Below are positions 41,896-51,890 of a DNA stretch of 64,000 bases, one piece after another. The position numbers and the translations under genes were made by a program. Every line of letters starts with the position of its first letter. The stretch's first letter is position 1. The stretch comes from an uncultured Ignavibacteria bacterium (GTDB lineage: Bacteria; Zixibacteria; MSB-5A5; WJJR01): contig CAZQIZ010000003.1 in NCBI GenBank assembly GCA_964593585.1, positions 299 to 64,298 of the forward strand, given 5' to 3'. The notes below the pieces were generated by a model that was not told the DNA's origin, did no database searches, and was given only the letters and a program-made list of their open reading frames with translations.

Positions 41896-44031
41896 ATGCG
41901 CAGCCGAAAGGAATGCCGCGTGGCCGTCACCGCCGCCCTGCTTGCGGCCGTGATCGCAATCGTCCCCATGAATCTGTCTCAGGCCCAGTCTGAACCCACG
42001 CCGCCGGTCGCCAAGATCATCCCCAAGGTCGACACCATCCACGGCGAGGTCCGTGTCGACAACTACTTCTGGCTGCGCGACAAGACCAACCCCGAGGTGA
42101 TTTCCTACCTCGAGGCGGAAAACAAATACATGGAGGCGAAGACTGCACACACCAAGCCCCTGCAGGAAAAGCTCTATCAGGAGATGCTGGGGCGGATTGT
42201 CGAGACCGACCTCGATGTGCCGGAACGGCTGGATGACTACTTCTATTACACCCGCACCGAGGAAGGCAAGCAGTACCGGATCCATTGCCGCAAACACAGG
42301 TCCCTGGAGGCGCCGGAGGAAATCCTGCTGGATGTCAATAAGGAGGCTGAGGGTTTCGAGCATTTCGACGTCGGCGCCTTTGAGGTGAGTCCCGACCACC
42401 GACTGCTCGCCTACTCGGTCGATACCACCGGCGCGGAAGAGTACACCATCCACATCCGCGACCTGGCCACCGGGCAAAATCTGTCCGATGCCATCCCCAA
42501 CACCTACAGCGTGGAGTGGGCCGCCGACAACAGGACACTGTTCTACACCACCCTCGACCCGACACATCGTCCCTATCGTCTCTGGAAGCACACGCTCGGC
42601 ACACCCGCCCGCGATGACAAACTCGTCTACGAAGAGGCCGATGAGTCCTTCTACATGGACATCACCATGACCAAGAGCCGTCAGTACCTCCTGCTCGGCC
42701 TCGGCAGCATCAGTTCCAGCGAATACCGCTTCATCAAGAGTGACGCCCCCGACAGCGAGTGGAGGGTGATCGCGCCGCGCCGCAGGGATGTCGAGTACTC
42801 GGTCGACCACCGCGGCGACCGGTTCTACATCGTGACCAACGACGGCGCCCGGAACTTCAAGGTCGTCTTTGCGCCGGTCGACAACCCCGGCGTGGCCAAC
42901 TGGTCCGAGTTTCTGCCCCACCGTGAGAACGTGAAGGTCGACGAGGTCGAGTGCTTTGCCGGCCACATGGTGGTTTATGAGCGTGAGAATGGCCTGCCGA
43001 AGATGCGCATCATCGACCTGGCCACCGGCAACTTTCATTACGTCGAGTTCCCCGAGCCGGTCTACACCTTCTTCGGCGCGGCCAATCCCGAATTCGACAC
43101 CAACGTGGTGCGCTTCACCTACAATTCGCTGGTCACGCCGCGGTCGGTGTTCGATTACGACATGTCCACCCGGGCGCGCGAACTGAAGAAGGAGTATGAG
43201 GTGCGCGGCGGGTATGACCGCGCGCTATACCAGTCGGAGCGCATCTTTGCCACCGCCGCCGACGGTGTGAAGGTCCCGATCTCGCTGGTCTACAAGAAGG
43301 GGACGCCGCTGGATGGCTCCTCTCCCCTGTTGCTGTATGCCTATGGCGCCTACGGAGCCTCCAGCGACCCAACGTTTTCGTCCAATCGTCTGAGTCTGCT
43401 GGATCGCGGCGTGATCTACGCCATCGCCCATGTGCGCGGCGGCGGCGAGATGGGGCGCGCCTGGTACGACGACGGCAAGCTGCTCAAGAAGAAGAATACC
43501 TTCACCGACTACATCGCCTGCGCCGAGCACCTGATCGCCGCCAAGTACACCTCGGCCGACCGTCTGGCGGCCTTCGGCGGCAGCGCCGGCGGGCTGTTGA
43601 TGGGCGCGATTGCCAACATGCGTCCCGACCTCTTCCGGGTGATCTTCGCCAGCGTGCCATTTGTCGACGTGATCAACACCATGCTGGACGAGTCGATTCC
43701 CTTGACGGTCATCGAGTTCGACGAGTGGGGCAATCCGAAGAACAAGGAGTTCTACGACTACATGCTGTCGTACTCGCCCTACGACAACGTCCGGGCGCAG
43801 GATTATCCCCACATGCTGATCGACGCCGGGCTGAACGATCCTCGTGTCGGGTATTGGGAGCCGGCGAAGTTTGTGGCCAAACTTCGCGCTTTGAAAACCG
43901 ACCGGAACGACTTGGTTCTTAAGGTAGAGATGGGTGCCGGGCATATGGGCGCGACCGGACGGTACGACTACCTGAAAGACATCGCCTTCGAGTACGCCTT
44001 TATCCTGGACCATCTCGGCATCCCCGAGTAA
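41896..44031 (+). CDS. ptrB: oligopeptidase B (S9A prolyl oligopeptidase family) with signal peptide
   Basis: Start MRSRKECRVAVTAALLAAV at ATG 41896 (CAGGAG SD). Beta-propeller N-domain. Catalytic domain with GGSAGGLL (Ser), Asp and His regions. Confidence 0.9.
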   Translation: MRSRKECRVAVTAALLAAVIAIVPMNLSQAQSEPTPPVAKIIPKVDTIHGEVRVDNYFWLRDKTNPEVISYLEAENKYMEAKTAHTKPLQEKLYQEMLGRIVETDLDVPERLDDYFYYTRTEEGKQYRIHCRKHRSLEAPEEILLDVNKEAEGFEHFDVGAFEVSPDHRLLAYSVDTTGAEEYTIHIRDLATGQNLSDAIPNTYSVEWAADNRTLFYTTLDPTHRPYRLWKHTLGTPARDDKLVYEEADESFYMDITMTKSRQYLLLGLGSISSSEYRFIKSDAPDSEWRVIAPRRRDVEYSVDHRGDRFYIVTNDGARNFKVVFAPVDNPGVANWSEFLPHRENVKVDEVECFAGHMVVYERENGLPKMRIIDLATGNFHYVEFPEPVYTFFGAANPEFDTNVVRFTYNSLVTPRSVFDYDMSTRARELKKEYEVRGGYDRALYQSERIFATAADGVKVPISLVYKKGTPLDGSSPLLLYAYGAYGASSDPTFSSNRLSLLDRGVIYAIAHVRGGGEMGRAWYDDGKLLKKKNTFTDYIACAEHLIAAKYTSADRLAAFGGSAGGLLMGAIANMRPDLFRVIFASVPFVDVINTMLDESIPLTVIEFDEWGNPKNKEFYDYMLSYSPYDNVRAQDYPHMLIDAGLNDPRVGYWEPAKFVAKLRALKTDRNDLVLKVEMGAGHMGATGRYDYLKDIAFEYAFILDHLGIPE

Positions 44032-44217
44032 GTCGAGGCTTGTGGGGATCGTTCGGGTGACCGGGCGCCGGCGGTTGACAGCCCGAACCGGAGTGGCGGA
44101 TCAATCCCGTGTGCGTCCACATAAACGACAGATGATCTTGCGTTAAACCCCGACTCGATTCACCTGACCGCGCTGTCGCACTGGATCGCCGGCGAGCCGC
44201 CCGTTGACGCAAACTCG

Positions 44218-44517
44218 GTGTGCATGCTGGGTTTTGTCGATTGGTTTCCCTGCGGCATGGGCGATGCCTCAGGTGATGGATTCATGGGCTTGCAGGATGT
44301 GGTCCTCACCGTCAATGCGGCATTCCGCGGGGCCGATCCGCCCCTTTGCATTTACCAGCCGGCGCCTCTGACCGATGTCGATTGCACCGGCACGACCGAT
44401 GTGGTCGATGTCGTGCGACTGGTCGAGGTGGCATTCCGCGGCGCGCAGCAGGCGTTCTGCGACGCCACCGACTGTTATCCCTACCCGACGAATTGCCCCC
44501 ACCCCTGCAAGCGGTAG
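44218..44517 (+). CDS. small Cys-rich protein with two dockerin-like Ca-binding repeats (hypothetical)
   Basis: GTG 44218 or ATG 44224 start; the frame is open from 44125. Repeats DASGDGFMGLQDVVLTVNAAFRG and DVDCTGTTDVVDVVRLVEVAFRG fit D-x-[DNS]-x-[DG]-x(3-6)-D plus an amphipathic helix. GC3 is lower than neighbouring genes. Confidence 0.4.
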   Translation: MCMLGFVDWFPCGMGDASGDGFMGLQDVVLTVNAAFRGADPPLCIYQPAPLTDVDCTGTTDVVDVVRLVEVAFRGAQQAFCDATDCYPYPTNCPHPCKR

Positions 44518-44593
44518 GCCGCGCCCACCGTGAAAGCGGTTGACCTTGGGCAGTCGATCCCGTTTTCTTGCACCGCGTTTTGTTGTCCGTTCT

Positions 44594-44666
<73 letters not shown>

Positions 44667-44688
44667 CTTCGCCGCGAGGAGGGCCGGC

Positions 44689-45612
44689 ATGACCACGCTC
44701 CCGATCTCCGACATCATCCGCGATTCGTTCGCCATCGCCTGGCGTTACAAGTACCTCTGGCTGTTCGGCCTGTTTGCCGGCGGCGCCGGCAGCGGACTGC
44801 AATTCCCCGGAGACAGCGGCGGCGGGTTGGATCGCATTGACGAGGTCAAAGCCTGGATCCTTGCCGCGCTGGCGATGATCCTGCTCGTGGGATTTGTGGT
44901 GGGCGTGATCATTATCACACTGCACACCATTTCCAAGTCCGCGCTCATCTACAACGCCTACCAGATCGAGACCGGCGGGGCGCATTCGATCTCCGGCGGT
45001 TGGGACTTCGGCCTCAAACGCTTTTGGCCGATGCTGGGTGTGACACTGACCCAGTGGTTGATCATGTTCTCCTTCGTTCTCATCCTGATCCTGTTCGAAG
45101 TCACCATCTTCGCCATCTCGGTGCCGCTGGGTGTTCTCTCGCTGCTTCCGGCTATTCCGCTCTTCTTCCTCGGAATCGCCGCGGTGGTGGTGGTCTGGGT
45201 CTACGCCGAACGGTATGTCGCCCTCGAAAACCGCGGGGTGATCGAGTCAATCGGCGAGGGCTGGTCGCTGGTGAAGCGCGAATGGCAACCGACGGTCACG
45301 GTGCTGCTCATCAAGTTGGCCATCGTCATCGCGCTGGGAATCGGCATGATGGGAATCCTGCTGGCCTTGTCGTTGCCGGCGGTCGGCATCTGGGCGGTGA
45401 GCAAGCCCTTGGCGATCGTCTACGGCATCCTGGTGCTGGCGCCATTTGTGATCCTGGTGGGTGCCTACTTCGGGACCTTTGACTCACTGGTCTGGACCAA
45501 GGTGTTTCTGCGCCTGCGCGCGGCCGCCTACGGCGCACCCGTCGCCGCCACGCCGGCCTCTCCCGTGCCGCCTTCGCCCGGCGATACCCCCAAGCCGCCG
45601 CTCTTCGAGTAG
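44689..45612 (+). CDS. polytopic integral membrane protein, unknown function
   Basis: Start MTTLPISD at ATG 44689, with GAGGAGGG SD 6 nt upstream, 23 nt after tRNA-Lys. About 6 hydrophobic helices and a Pro-rich C-terminus. Confidence 0.6.
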   Translation: MTTLPISDIIRDSFAIAWRYKYLWLFGLFAGGAGSGLQFPGDSGGGLDRIDEVKAWILAALAMILLVGFVVGVIIITLHTISKSALIYNAYQIETGGAHSISGGWDFGLKRFWPMLGVTLTQWLIMFSFVLILILFEVTIFAISVPLGVLSLLPAIPLFFLGIAAVVVVWVYAERYVALENRGVIESIGEGWSLVKREWQPTVTVLLIKLAIVIALGIGMMGILLALSLPAVGIWAVSKPLAIVYGILVLAPFVILVGAYFGTFDSLVWTKVFLRLRAAAYGAPVAATPASPVPPSPGDTPKPPLFE

Positions 45613-45691
45613 CCGTCGCGCCCCCGTTACGTCTTGACAGACGTTGCCGGGGGTGTGTATTTGTGTGCCAGCCCTCGCAAGGGCACAGGTC

Positions 45692-46351
45692 ATGGACAGC
45701 GACCCTCCAGCGGCGCGCCCGTGGGGCCGTCAAATTCTCCGCACACTGCAACGTGTCTTCGTGTCCGGCGTGCTTGTCGTTGTTCCGGTCACGGTGACGG
45801 TTTATGTCCTGTATTTCCTCTTCCAGAAAGTCGATGGCCTGCTCTCCCCGATCCTGGCCCGGTATCTGCAGCATCAGATTCCGGGAATGGGGCTGTTGGC
45901 GACTCTGCTATTGATCTTTCTGGTGGGGGTGATTGCCCGGAATGTGCTGGGGTCGCGTCTCTTCGGACTGGGCGAACTGATCTTTGTCCGCACGCCGCTG
46001 GTGCGGGCGGTCTACACCGCCGCCAAACAGCTGCTCGAAGCGATCACGTCGACCGAGCGCAAGGCCTTCAGCCGCGCGGTCATGATTCAATACCCGCGGC
46101 CGGGGCTGTACACGGTCGGGTTTGTGTCGTCGCGGCCGCGGGTGCGCGCCGGCGCCGCCGAAGAGCAGATGGTGGCGGTCTTTGTGCCGTCAACACCCAC
46201 ACCGGTCACGGGGTTTGTCGTGCTGGTTCCCGAATCCGAGGTGTTTGATCTGGCGATGACAACCGAAGAGGCGGTCAAGTTTGTCGTCTCCGGAGGGTTC
46301 GCCGCGCCGACGGCCATCGAGCGGACCGCGCCGAAATTGGTGGAGGCATAG
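45692..46351 (+). CDS. DUF502-family membrane protein
   Basis: Start MDSDPPAARPW at ATG 45692. Two N-terminal TM helices plus a conserved C-terminal soluble region typical of DUF502. Confidence 0.6.
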   Translation: MDSDPPAARPWGRQILRTLQRVFVSGVLVVVPVTVTVYVLYFLFQKVDGLLSPILARYLQHQIPGMGLLATLLLIFLVGVIARNVLGSRLFGLGELIFVRTPLVRAVYTAAKQLLEAITSTERKAFSRAVMIQYPRPGLYTVGFVSSRPRVRAGAAEEQMVAVFVPSTPTPVTGFVVLVPESEVFDLAMTTEEAVKFVVSGGFAAPTAIERTAPKLVEA

Positions 46352-46356
46352 TTCCC

Positions 46357-47265
46357 ATGCGTTTGGCAGCCATGTTGGATCCGGCGCTGGTCGCGCCCGA
46401 CCTGCGCGCCGAGTCGAAGGCCGGAACCATCTCCGAGCTGATGGACCTGGTCGTCCGGAAACACCCGGAGATCGACCGCGGCGGCGTCCTCGCCTCCATC
46501 GCCGACCGTGAGGAGATTGAGAACACCTCCTTCGGACGCTGTTTCGCCTTCCCCCATGCCCGGACCGATTTGGTCAAGGAAATGCTGGTCGCCATCGGCA
46601 TCTCCAGGAAGGGCATCAAGGCGCCCACTCCCGATGGCCGTCCGTTGCATGTGGTCTGCCTGCTCCTGACGCCGCGCAATATCGCGCAGCTCTACCTGCA
46701 AACCCTCTCCGGGCTGGCGCAACTGGCGCGCGACGAGCATATCCTCGGCAAGCTGATCGGCGCGCCGAACGCCGAGGCGCTGGTCCGCGTGATCTGGGAG
46801 ACCGGACTGACCATCCGCAAGCAGCTGACGGTGCGCGATCTGATGCACCGCGACGTGGTCACCGTCTCGCCCGACGATTCGCTCAAGGACGTCGCCAACA
46901 AACTCTATCGCTACAAGGTCTCGGGGATGCCGGTGGTCGACGCCGAAGGCAAGCCGGTGGGCATGATCTCGGAACGACACCTGATCAAGGCCGCCCTCCC
47001 CAACTTCGAGTCGCTGATCCAGAATCTGTCCTTGTCGCCCGACACCGAACCCTTCGACGATCTCCTGCGCCGCGAGGATGAGATCAAAGTCAAAGACATC
47101 ATGACCACACGCCTGTACACAACGACCGAGGATACACCGATCGTCGAGGTGGCGGCGCTCATGCTCTTCCGCAATATCCGCCGCATTCCGGTCATCCACG
47201 ACGATGGCCGTCTGGCCGGCCTGATCCTGCGACGGGACATCGTCAGCAAGGTTATCCGGGGCTGA
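46357..47265 (+). CDS. PTS EIIA(Ntr)-like domain fused to a CBS-domain pair
   Basis: ORF 46357..47265. N-terminal EIIA type-2 fold with the active-site region CFAFPHAR. Two C-terminal CBS motifs (VRDLMHRDVVTVSPDDSL... and VKDIMTTRLYTTTEDTPI...). Confidence 0.75.
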   Translation: MRLAAMLDPALVAPDLRAESKAGTISELMDLVVRKHPEIDRGGVLASIADREEIENTSFGRCFAFPHARTDLVKEMLVAIGISRKGIKAPTPDGRPLHVVCLLLTPRNIAQLYLQTLSGLAQLARDEHILGKLIGAPNAEALVRVIWETGLTIRKQLTVRDLMHRDVVTVSPDDSLKDVANKLYRYKVSGMPVVDAEGKPVGMISERHLIKAALPNFESLIQNLSLSPDTEPFDDLLRREDEIKVKDIMTTRLYTTTEDTPIVEVAALMLFRNIRRIPVIHDDGRLAGLILRRDIVSKVIRG

Positions 47266-47380
47266 GACCGGAACCCCCTTACGGCCGTGCGGACCCCGCG
47301 GTCTTGCCTCGTTTCTTCGCAAATCTTGACGGCGAGACACAGGACGACAGAACAGCAAGCCGGATGTTGTGGCCAAATGT

Positions 47381-49288
47381 TCAGGCCGTCTTTCGCCCCG
47401 GCCGCCAGAGCGTCCAGGCGAGGAATCCGAACAAGGCCAGCGCCAGCCAGCCGGAGAAGGAACCGGCCCATTCTTCGCCGATCCCTTCCGGAAGGCCGAC
47501 GAAATAGATCCACGCGGCCAGTCCCACGCGCACCAGTCCGACGCCGGCGATGAACCCCGATCCCAGCAGGATGCCACGGTCGCGATCGCCGCTGTCGCCG
47601 CTGGCCTTGCCGCGACGGTCGACCAGCCAGCGCACGAGTCCGCCGGCGAAGATCGGGGTCATGGTGGTCAGGGGCAGGTAGAGCCCGACGGCGAACGGCA
47701 GCGCGGGGATGCGCAAAAGCGCGGCCAGAAGCGCGAAGCCCGCCCCGATGAAAACCAGCGTCCATGGCAGCTGCGCGGAGAGCACACCCTCGATCACCGT
47801 CTTCATTAGCATCGCCTGGGGCGCCGGCAACGCGACCGTGCCGAAACCATAAGCGTGGTGCAAAACGTCGACCGCGTATGCCACCCCCCAGGCCGACGTG
47901 ATCGCGCCGATGAATTCGCCCAACTGCTGCTTGTAGGGAGTCGCGCCGACCAGATAGCCGGTCTTCAGGTCCTGCGACATGTCGCCGGCAATCGATGACG
48001 CCACGCACACAACCGTACCAATCGACAGCGCCGTAATCTGCCCGAGCGTATCGGTCCAACCGAGCAGATAAAACACGAATGAGGTGCCCAGCAAGGTCAC
48101 GATCGTCATACCCGACACCGGATTCGACGAGACGCCGATCAGGCCAACGATGCGCGAAGAGACCGTCACGAAGAAGAACGCGAAGATGCAGATCGCCAGC
48201 GCGACGACGATACGTCCGGCGATGGTCTCGAACCCGCCGACCAGATGCGGGATGAACACGATCGCCGCGGCGATCGCCAGCACCACGCCGAGGACGATCC
48301 GCATCGACAGATCGCGCTCGGGGCGCGGCCGGGATGTGTCGCCGGCCGCTCCGTGACGGAGCCCGCGCAATCCCAGTTTGAACGACTGCACCATGGTCGG
48401 AATCGCTTTGATGATGGTCATGATGCCGGCCATCGCCACCGCCCCGGCGCCGAGATAGCGGATGTACCGCCCCCAGATTTCCTGGGTGGTCATTTCCGGC
48501 AGCAACTTGGCGGTCTCGGGAAAGAGCGGCGCCGTCAGGGTGGCGCCGTACCAATGGAGGATCGGGATCAGCACGACCCAGGAAATCCCCGCGCCGGCGA
48601 CCATGACCGCGGCGATTCGCGGGCCCAGGATGAAGCCGACCCCCAAAAGCGCCGGTGATGCTTCCAGGCCCACCTGCGCCTTCGGGAGACCGAATATCCC
48701 GGTGCGCGGCGATTCTTTCCACAAATGCAAGAAGCCGAGGCCGTATTCATAGATGCCCGCCAATGCCATCCCGAAAAACAGCGGGCGCGATTGCGCGCCA
48801 TGCCCCTCGGCGCTCTCGAGCACCTCGGCACAGGCCGTACCCTCCGGATAAGGAAGACTCTTGTGCTCCTGCACGATCAGATACTGGCGCAACGGAACCA
48901 TCATCGCCGTTCCAAGCATGCCGCCCAGCAACGCCAGCAGGGAAATGTGCAGGAAGGACGGGGCCACGCCCCAGAGATACAGCGCCGGGATGGTGAAGAT
49001 TGTGCCGGAGGCGAGGGATGACGATGCCGAGCCGATCGTCTGCGAGAGATTGTGCTCGAGAATGGTCGATGTTCCGCCGGCCATTCGGAAAGCGCGGAAC
49101 ATCGCGATGGTCATGACCGCGATCGGAATCGAAGTCGAAACCGTCAGGCCCGCCTTCAACCCGAGGTATGTGTTGGCGGCGCCGAACAACACACCAAAGA
49201 TGACACCGGCGACCGCTGCCTTGACGGTGAACTCGGCCAGCGACTCGGTCGCCGCGACAAACGGTCGGAAGTCGTTGCGGTCCGTCAT
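47381..49288 (-). CDS. OPT-family oligopeptide transporter
   Basis: Start MTDRNDFRPF at ATG 49288 (ATGA overlap with the upstream stop). About 16 TM helices. OPT/YSL family similarity. Confidence 0.8.
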   Translation of the reverse strand: MTDRNDFRPFVAATESLAEFTVKAAVAGVIFGVLFGAANTYLGLKAGLTVSTSIPIAVMTIAMFRAFRMAGGTSTILEHNLSQTIGSASSSLASGTIFTIPALYLWGVAPSFLHISLLALLGGMLGTAMMVPLRQYLIVQEHKSLPYPEGTACAEVLESAEGHGAQSRPLFFGMALAGIYEYGLGFLHLWKESPRTGIFGLPKAQVGLEASPALLGVGFILGPRIAAVMVAGAGISWVVLIPILHWYGATLTAPLFPETAKLLPEMTTQEIWGRYIRYLGAGAVAMAGIMTIIKAIPTMVQSFKLGLRGLRHGAAGDTSRPRPERDLSMRIVLGVVLAIAAAIVFIPHLVGGFETIAGRIVVALAICIFAFFFVTVSSRIVGLIGVSSNPVSGMTIVTLLGTSFVFYLLGWTDTLGQITALSIGTVVCVASSIAGDMSQDLKTGYLVGATPYKQQLGEFIGAITSAWGVAYAVDVLHHAYGFGTVALPAPQAMLMKTVIEGVLSAQLPWTLVFIGAGFALLAALLRIPALPFAVGLYLPLTTMTPIFAGGLVRWLVDRRGKASGDSGDRDRGILLGSGFIAGVGLVRVGLAAWIYFVGLPEGIGEEWAGSFSGWLALALFGFLAWTLWRPGRKTA

Positions 49289-51792
49289 CTGGCGTGTGAG
49301 GGATCGCGTTTGTGATCGAGGGCGCGGAGGCCCGATGAACCCGTCCGGACCGCCCACACGGTTCCCGCCAACAGGATCACGCCGCAGACCAGCGAGATCC
49401 AGACCGACATCGTGAAGACCTTGTTGTGGAATTCAAAGGTCACCCGGTGTGTGCCCGCTTTGGCCTCTACCGCCCGGAACGCATAATCGGCCCGGTAAAT
49501 CGGCAGCGACTGCCCGTTCTCATCGACGGCGTGCCAGTGGGGATAGTAATTCTCCGATAGCCAGAGGATGCCGTCGCGGTCGGCGGTGTACTCGACCACG
49601 AAGCGGTCGACATCCCACTCAATCACCCGCGCGGGGGTAAACGGCGCCTCCGACGCGCTCGCTTCGCTGGGAGGCAATTGGCTCAACGCCTGGTCGAGGA
49701 TGAGGCGGCTCCGGTACGGGAACGCCGGCTCGCGCAGACGCGCCAATGTGGCGTTGGAGTCCGGCTGCACCTCGTACTGGTAGAAGACCGCCGCGCGCGG
49801 CAGCGCGTCCTCGTTGCGGTACAGGTACAGCCCCTGTGTCTGCCCGACCAACGTCAGTCCCGCTTCGTTTCCCTGCTGCGGCGAGACGATGAACACGGTG
49901 TTGAGGAGGTTGCGCGTGGCGCGGTTGGTCATCAGCGCGGGCGAAGCATCATGCCGGCCGACGAAATTGTCGTGCAAGAGCAGATGGTTGCCATGCATGG
50001 CAGTGGCGGAGAGTTCCTCGATGCCATGCAGTGCCAGGTAGTTGTCCTCCACCGTGCGCGGCATATTCAGCACCCGGAACGGCTGCTTCGGGGCGTTGCC
50101 GCGAATCAGGCCGAGGATTGGACGCTCGCCGTAGAACTGGTTAACCTGCGCGGGAGTGATCGTTTCGACAAAGCGCGCGTCGAATTGCCACAGCGGCAGC
50201 ACCGCCAGCGCCGCCAGTCCGGCGGTCAGCCCGGTTGTGCCCAATGATCCGCCGCGTCGCAACCGGAACAGCCCGACCAGTCCCCACACTACGACCAGGC
50301 CGATCAGGAAGCCGATGCGGACGTAATTCTCGTTGTTGGTGATCGCCATCGCCTTCTCGGTCGAGAGGGCTCCGCCGGTCAGCGACGACCAGCCGCTCAT
50401 AAACGTTGAGCCGCCGATCAGCCCGATGACGGCGATCGCCGAATAGGCGAAGGCCACGATCATCATCGTGTTCATCGGGTCTTTCGCCTTTTTGCCCGGC
50501 GCGGACGGCTGGCCGCGGAACTGGCCGAGCACATCCAGCGCCCGAGCGGCCATGACAACCCACGAGAAGGCAAAGAGAAAACAGATCATCGAGGGCGCGC
50601 GGAATTTCTTCACCCCCGGCACAAACTCGAAGAATAATCGAAACACGGGCGTGGAATCGCCCAGCGCGTGGAGGAGCGCGACGATCGACAACCCGGCGAA
50701 AAACCACATCATCGGCGAGCGGGCAACGAAGATCGCAACGAGCGCGAGCATCACCGCCATGACGCCGACCGCCTCGGAATTCAGTTTGAACGGGTTGTCA
50801 CCCCAGTACGTGGCCGGTTCGTTGGCCAGATTGGCGCCGGGCAACGCCGGGTTCAACTGCGAGAGCGCTTCCTCCGAATGCATCGCCCAAGAGGACGACC
50901 ACTCATAACCGCCGCCCTCGCTGTGCTGGATGCGCTGGGAGTGTTTGTTCAGGTATTGGTAGGGCGCCATCCACTGCATCGACGCGGCGCCCACCGCCAG
51001 CACGACGGCGATCACGAAGGCGCCGACGGGCACGGCAATCTTCGCCGGTTGGAAACGGTACTGATCCCACAGCAGGAAAAGGAAGTACGCCCCCAGCCCC
51101 CAGGCGGCGTAGTAGGACATCTGCACATGTGCCGTCAGAATCATCAGCGCATACACCAGCCCGAAGCCGAGAAACCAGGGAATCCGTCGCGTGGTCACCC
51201 CGCGGTGAACCATCAGGAAGGCCAGGGGCGTGAGCGCGGTCACGTAAATCTTGCCATCGTGTCCCGGATAGAATAACGACACCAGACACGGGGTGAACAT
51301 GTAGAGCAAACCGCCGATGAACGACGCCTGATCGCTGCGCCCCAGCGCGCGCAGAAAGAGGAACATGAACACGCCGGCCAGGAAGATGTGCAGGATGAGC
51401 TTGAATCCCAGCGCGTAAGTCACCGGCAGGATGATTTGGAGAATCGCGGCCGGATAGAAGATGTCACCGTGCATCGCGTCGACAAACGGCAGGCCCGCGT
51501 GGATGTAGGGATTCCACAGCGGCATGCGGAAGTGCTCCTGCCAGAACTCGGCGTAAAAGGTCCGGAAGAACACTCCGGCCGACATCGTGTCGGTGCCATA
51601 GATCATGCGTCCCGGGAAAAAGAGCGCATTGGCGAAAAAGATCACGGTCAGGATGCCATAGGCGATGATCGCCCAGTGCAACGGGTGCAGGGCGATCCGA
51701 TCGACGAAGGACAATCCCGCCGGGGCCGGGCGTTCGGGTTTGTGGATTGGCTTGCTGGTGCCCTTTTTGGCGGGCGAAGAGTCTTTGGCCAT
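49285..51792 (-). CDS. YfhO-like polytopic membrane protein (glycosyltransferase-like) with C-terminal beta-rich domain
   Basis: ORF 49285..51792, 835 aa. Many N-terminal TM helices, C-terminal periplasmic-type domain. Resemblance to the YfhO family. Confidence 0.55.
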   Translation of the reverse strand: MAKDSSPAKKGTSKPIHKPERPAPAGLSFVDRIALHPLHWAIIAYGILTVIFFANALFFPGRMIYGTDTMSAGVFFRTFYAEFWQEHFRMPLWNPYIHAGLPFVDAMHGDIFYPAAILQIILPVTYALGFKLILHIFLAGVFMFLFLRALGRSDQASFIGGLLYMFTPCLVSLFYPGHDGKIYVTALTPLAFLMVHRGVTTRRIPWFLGFGLVYALMILTAHVQMSYYAAWGLGAYFLFLLWDQYRFQPAKIAVPVGAFVIAVVLAVGAASMQWMAPYQYLNKHSQRIQHSEGGGYEWSSSWAMHSEEALSQLNPALPGANLANEPATYWGDNPFKLNSEAVGVMAVMLALVAIFVARSPMMWFFAGLSIVALLHALGDSTPVFRLFFEFVPGVKKFRAPSMICFLFAFSWVVMAARALDVLGQFRGQPSAPGKKAKDPMNTMMIVAFAYSAIAVIGLIGGSTFMSGWSSLTGGALSTEKAMAITNNENYVRIGFLIGLVVVWGLVGLFRLRRGGSLGTTGLTAGLAALAVLPLWQFDARFVETITPAQVNQFYGERPILGLIRGNAPKQPFRVLNMPRTVEDNYLALHGIEELSATAMHGNHLLLHDNFVGRHDASPALMTNRATRNLLNTVFIVSPQQGNEAGLTLVGQTQGLYLYRNEDALPRAAVFYQYEVQPDSNATLARLREPAFPYRSRLILDQALSQLPPSEASASEAPFTPARVIEWDVDRFVVEYTADRDGILWLSENYYPHWHAVDENGQSLPIYRADYAFRAVEAKAGTHRVTFEFHNKVFTMSVWISLVCGVILLAGTVWAVRTGSSGLRALDHKRDPSHAR

Positions 51793-51890
51793 GCGCCGAA
51801 GTTAGCCGATGGCGCGGCCGCAACCAAGACACAAAAAGAGGCAGGGCGGCCTGTCGCCGCCCTGAGATTGTCGCGTTGTGGAAACGCTGA

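Noticed and set aside
46087-48722. minus ORFs 46087..47577 and 46911..48722
   Set aside because: Overlap the EIIA-CBS and OPT genes in wrong frames. Arg/Gly/Asp low complexity.
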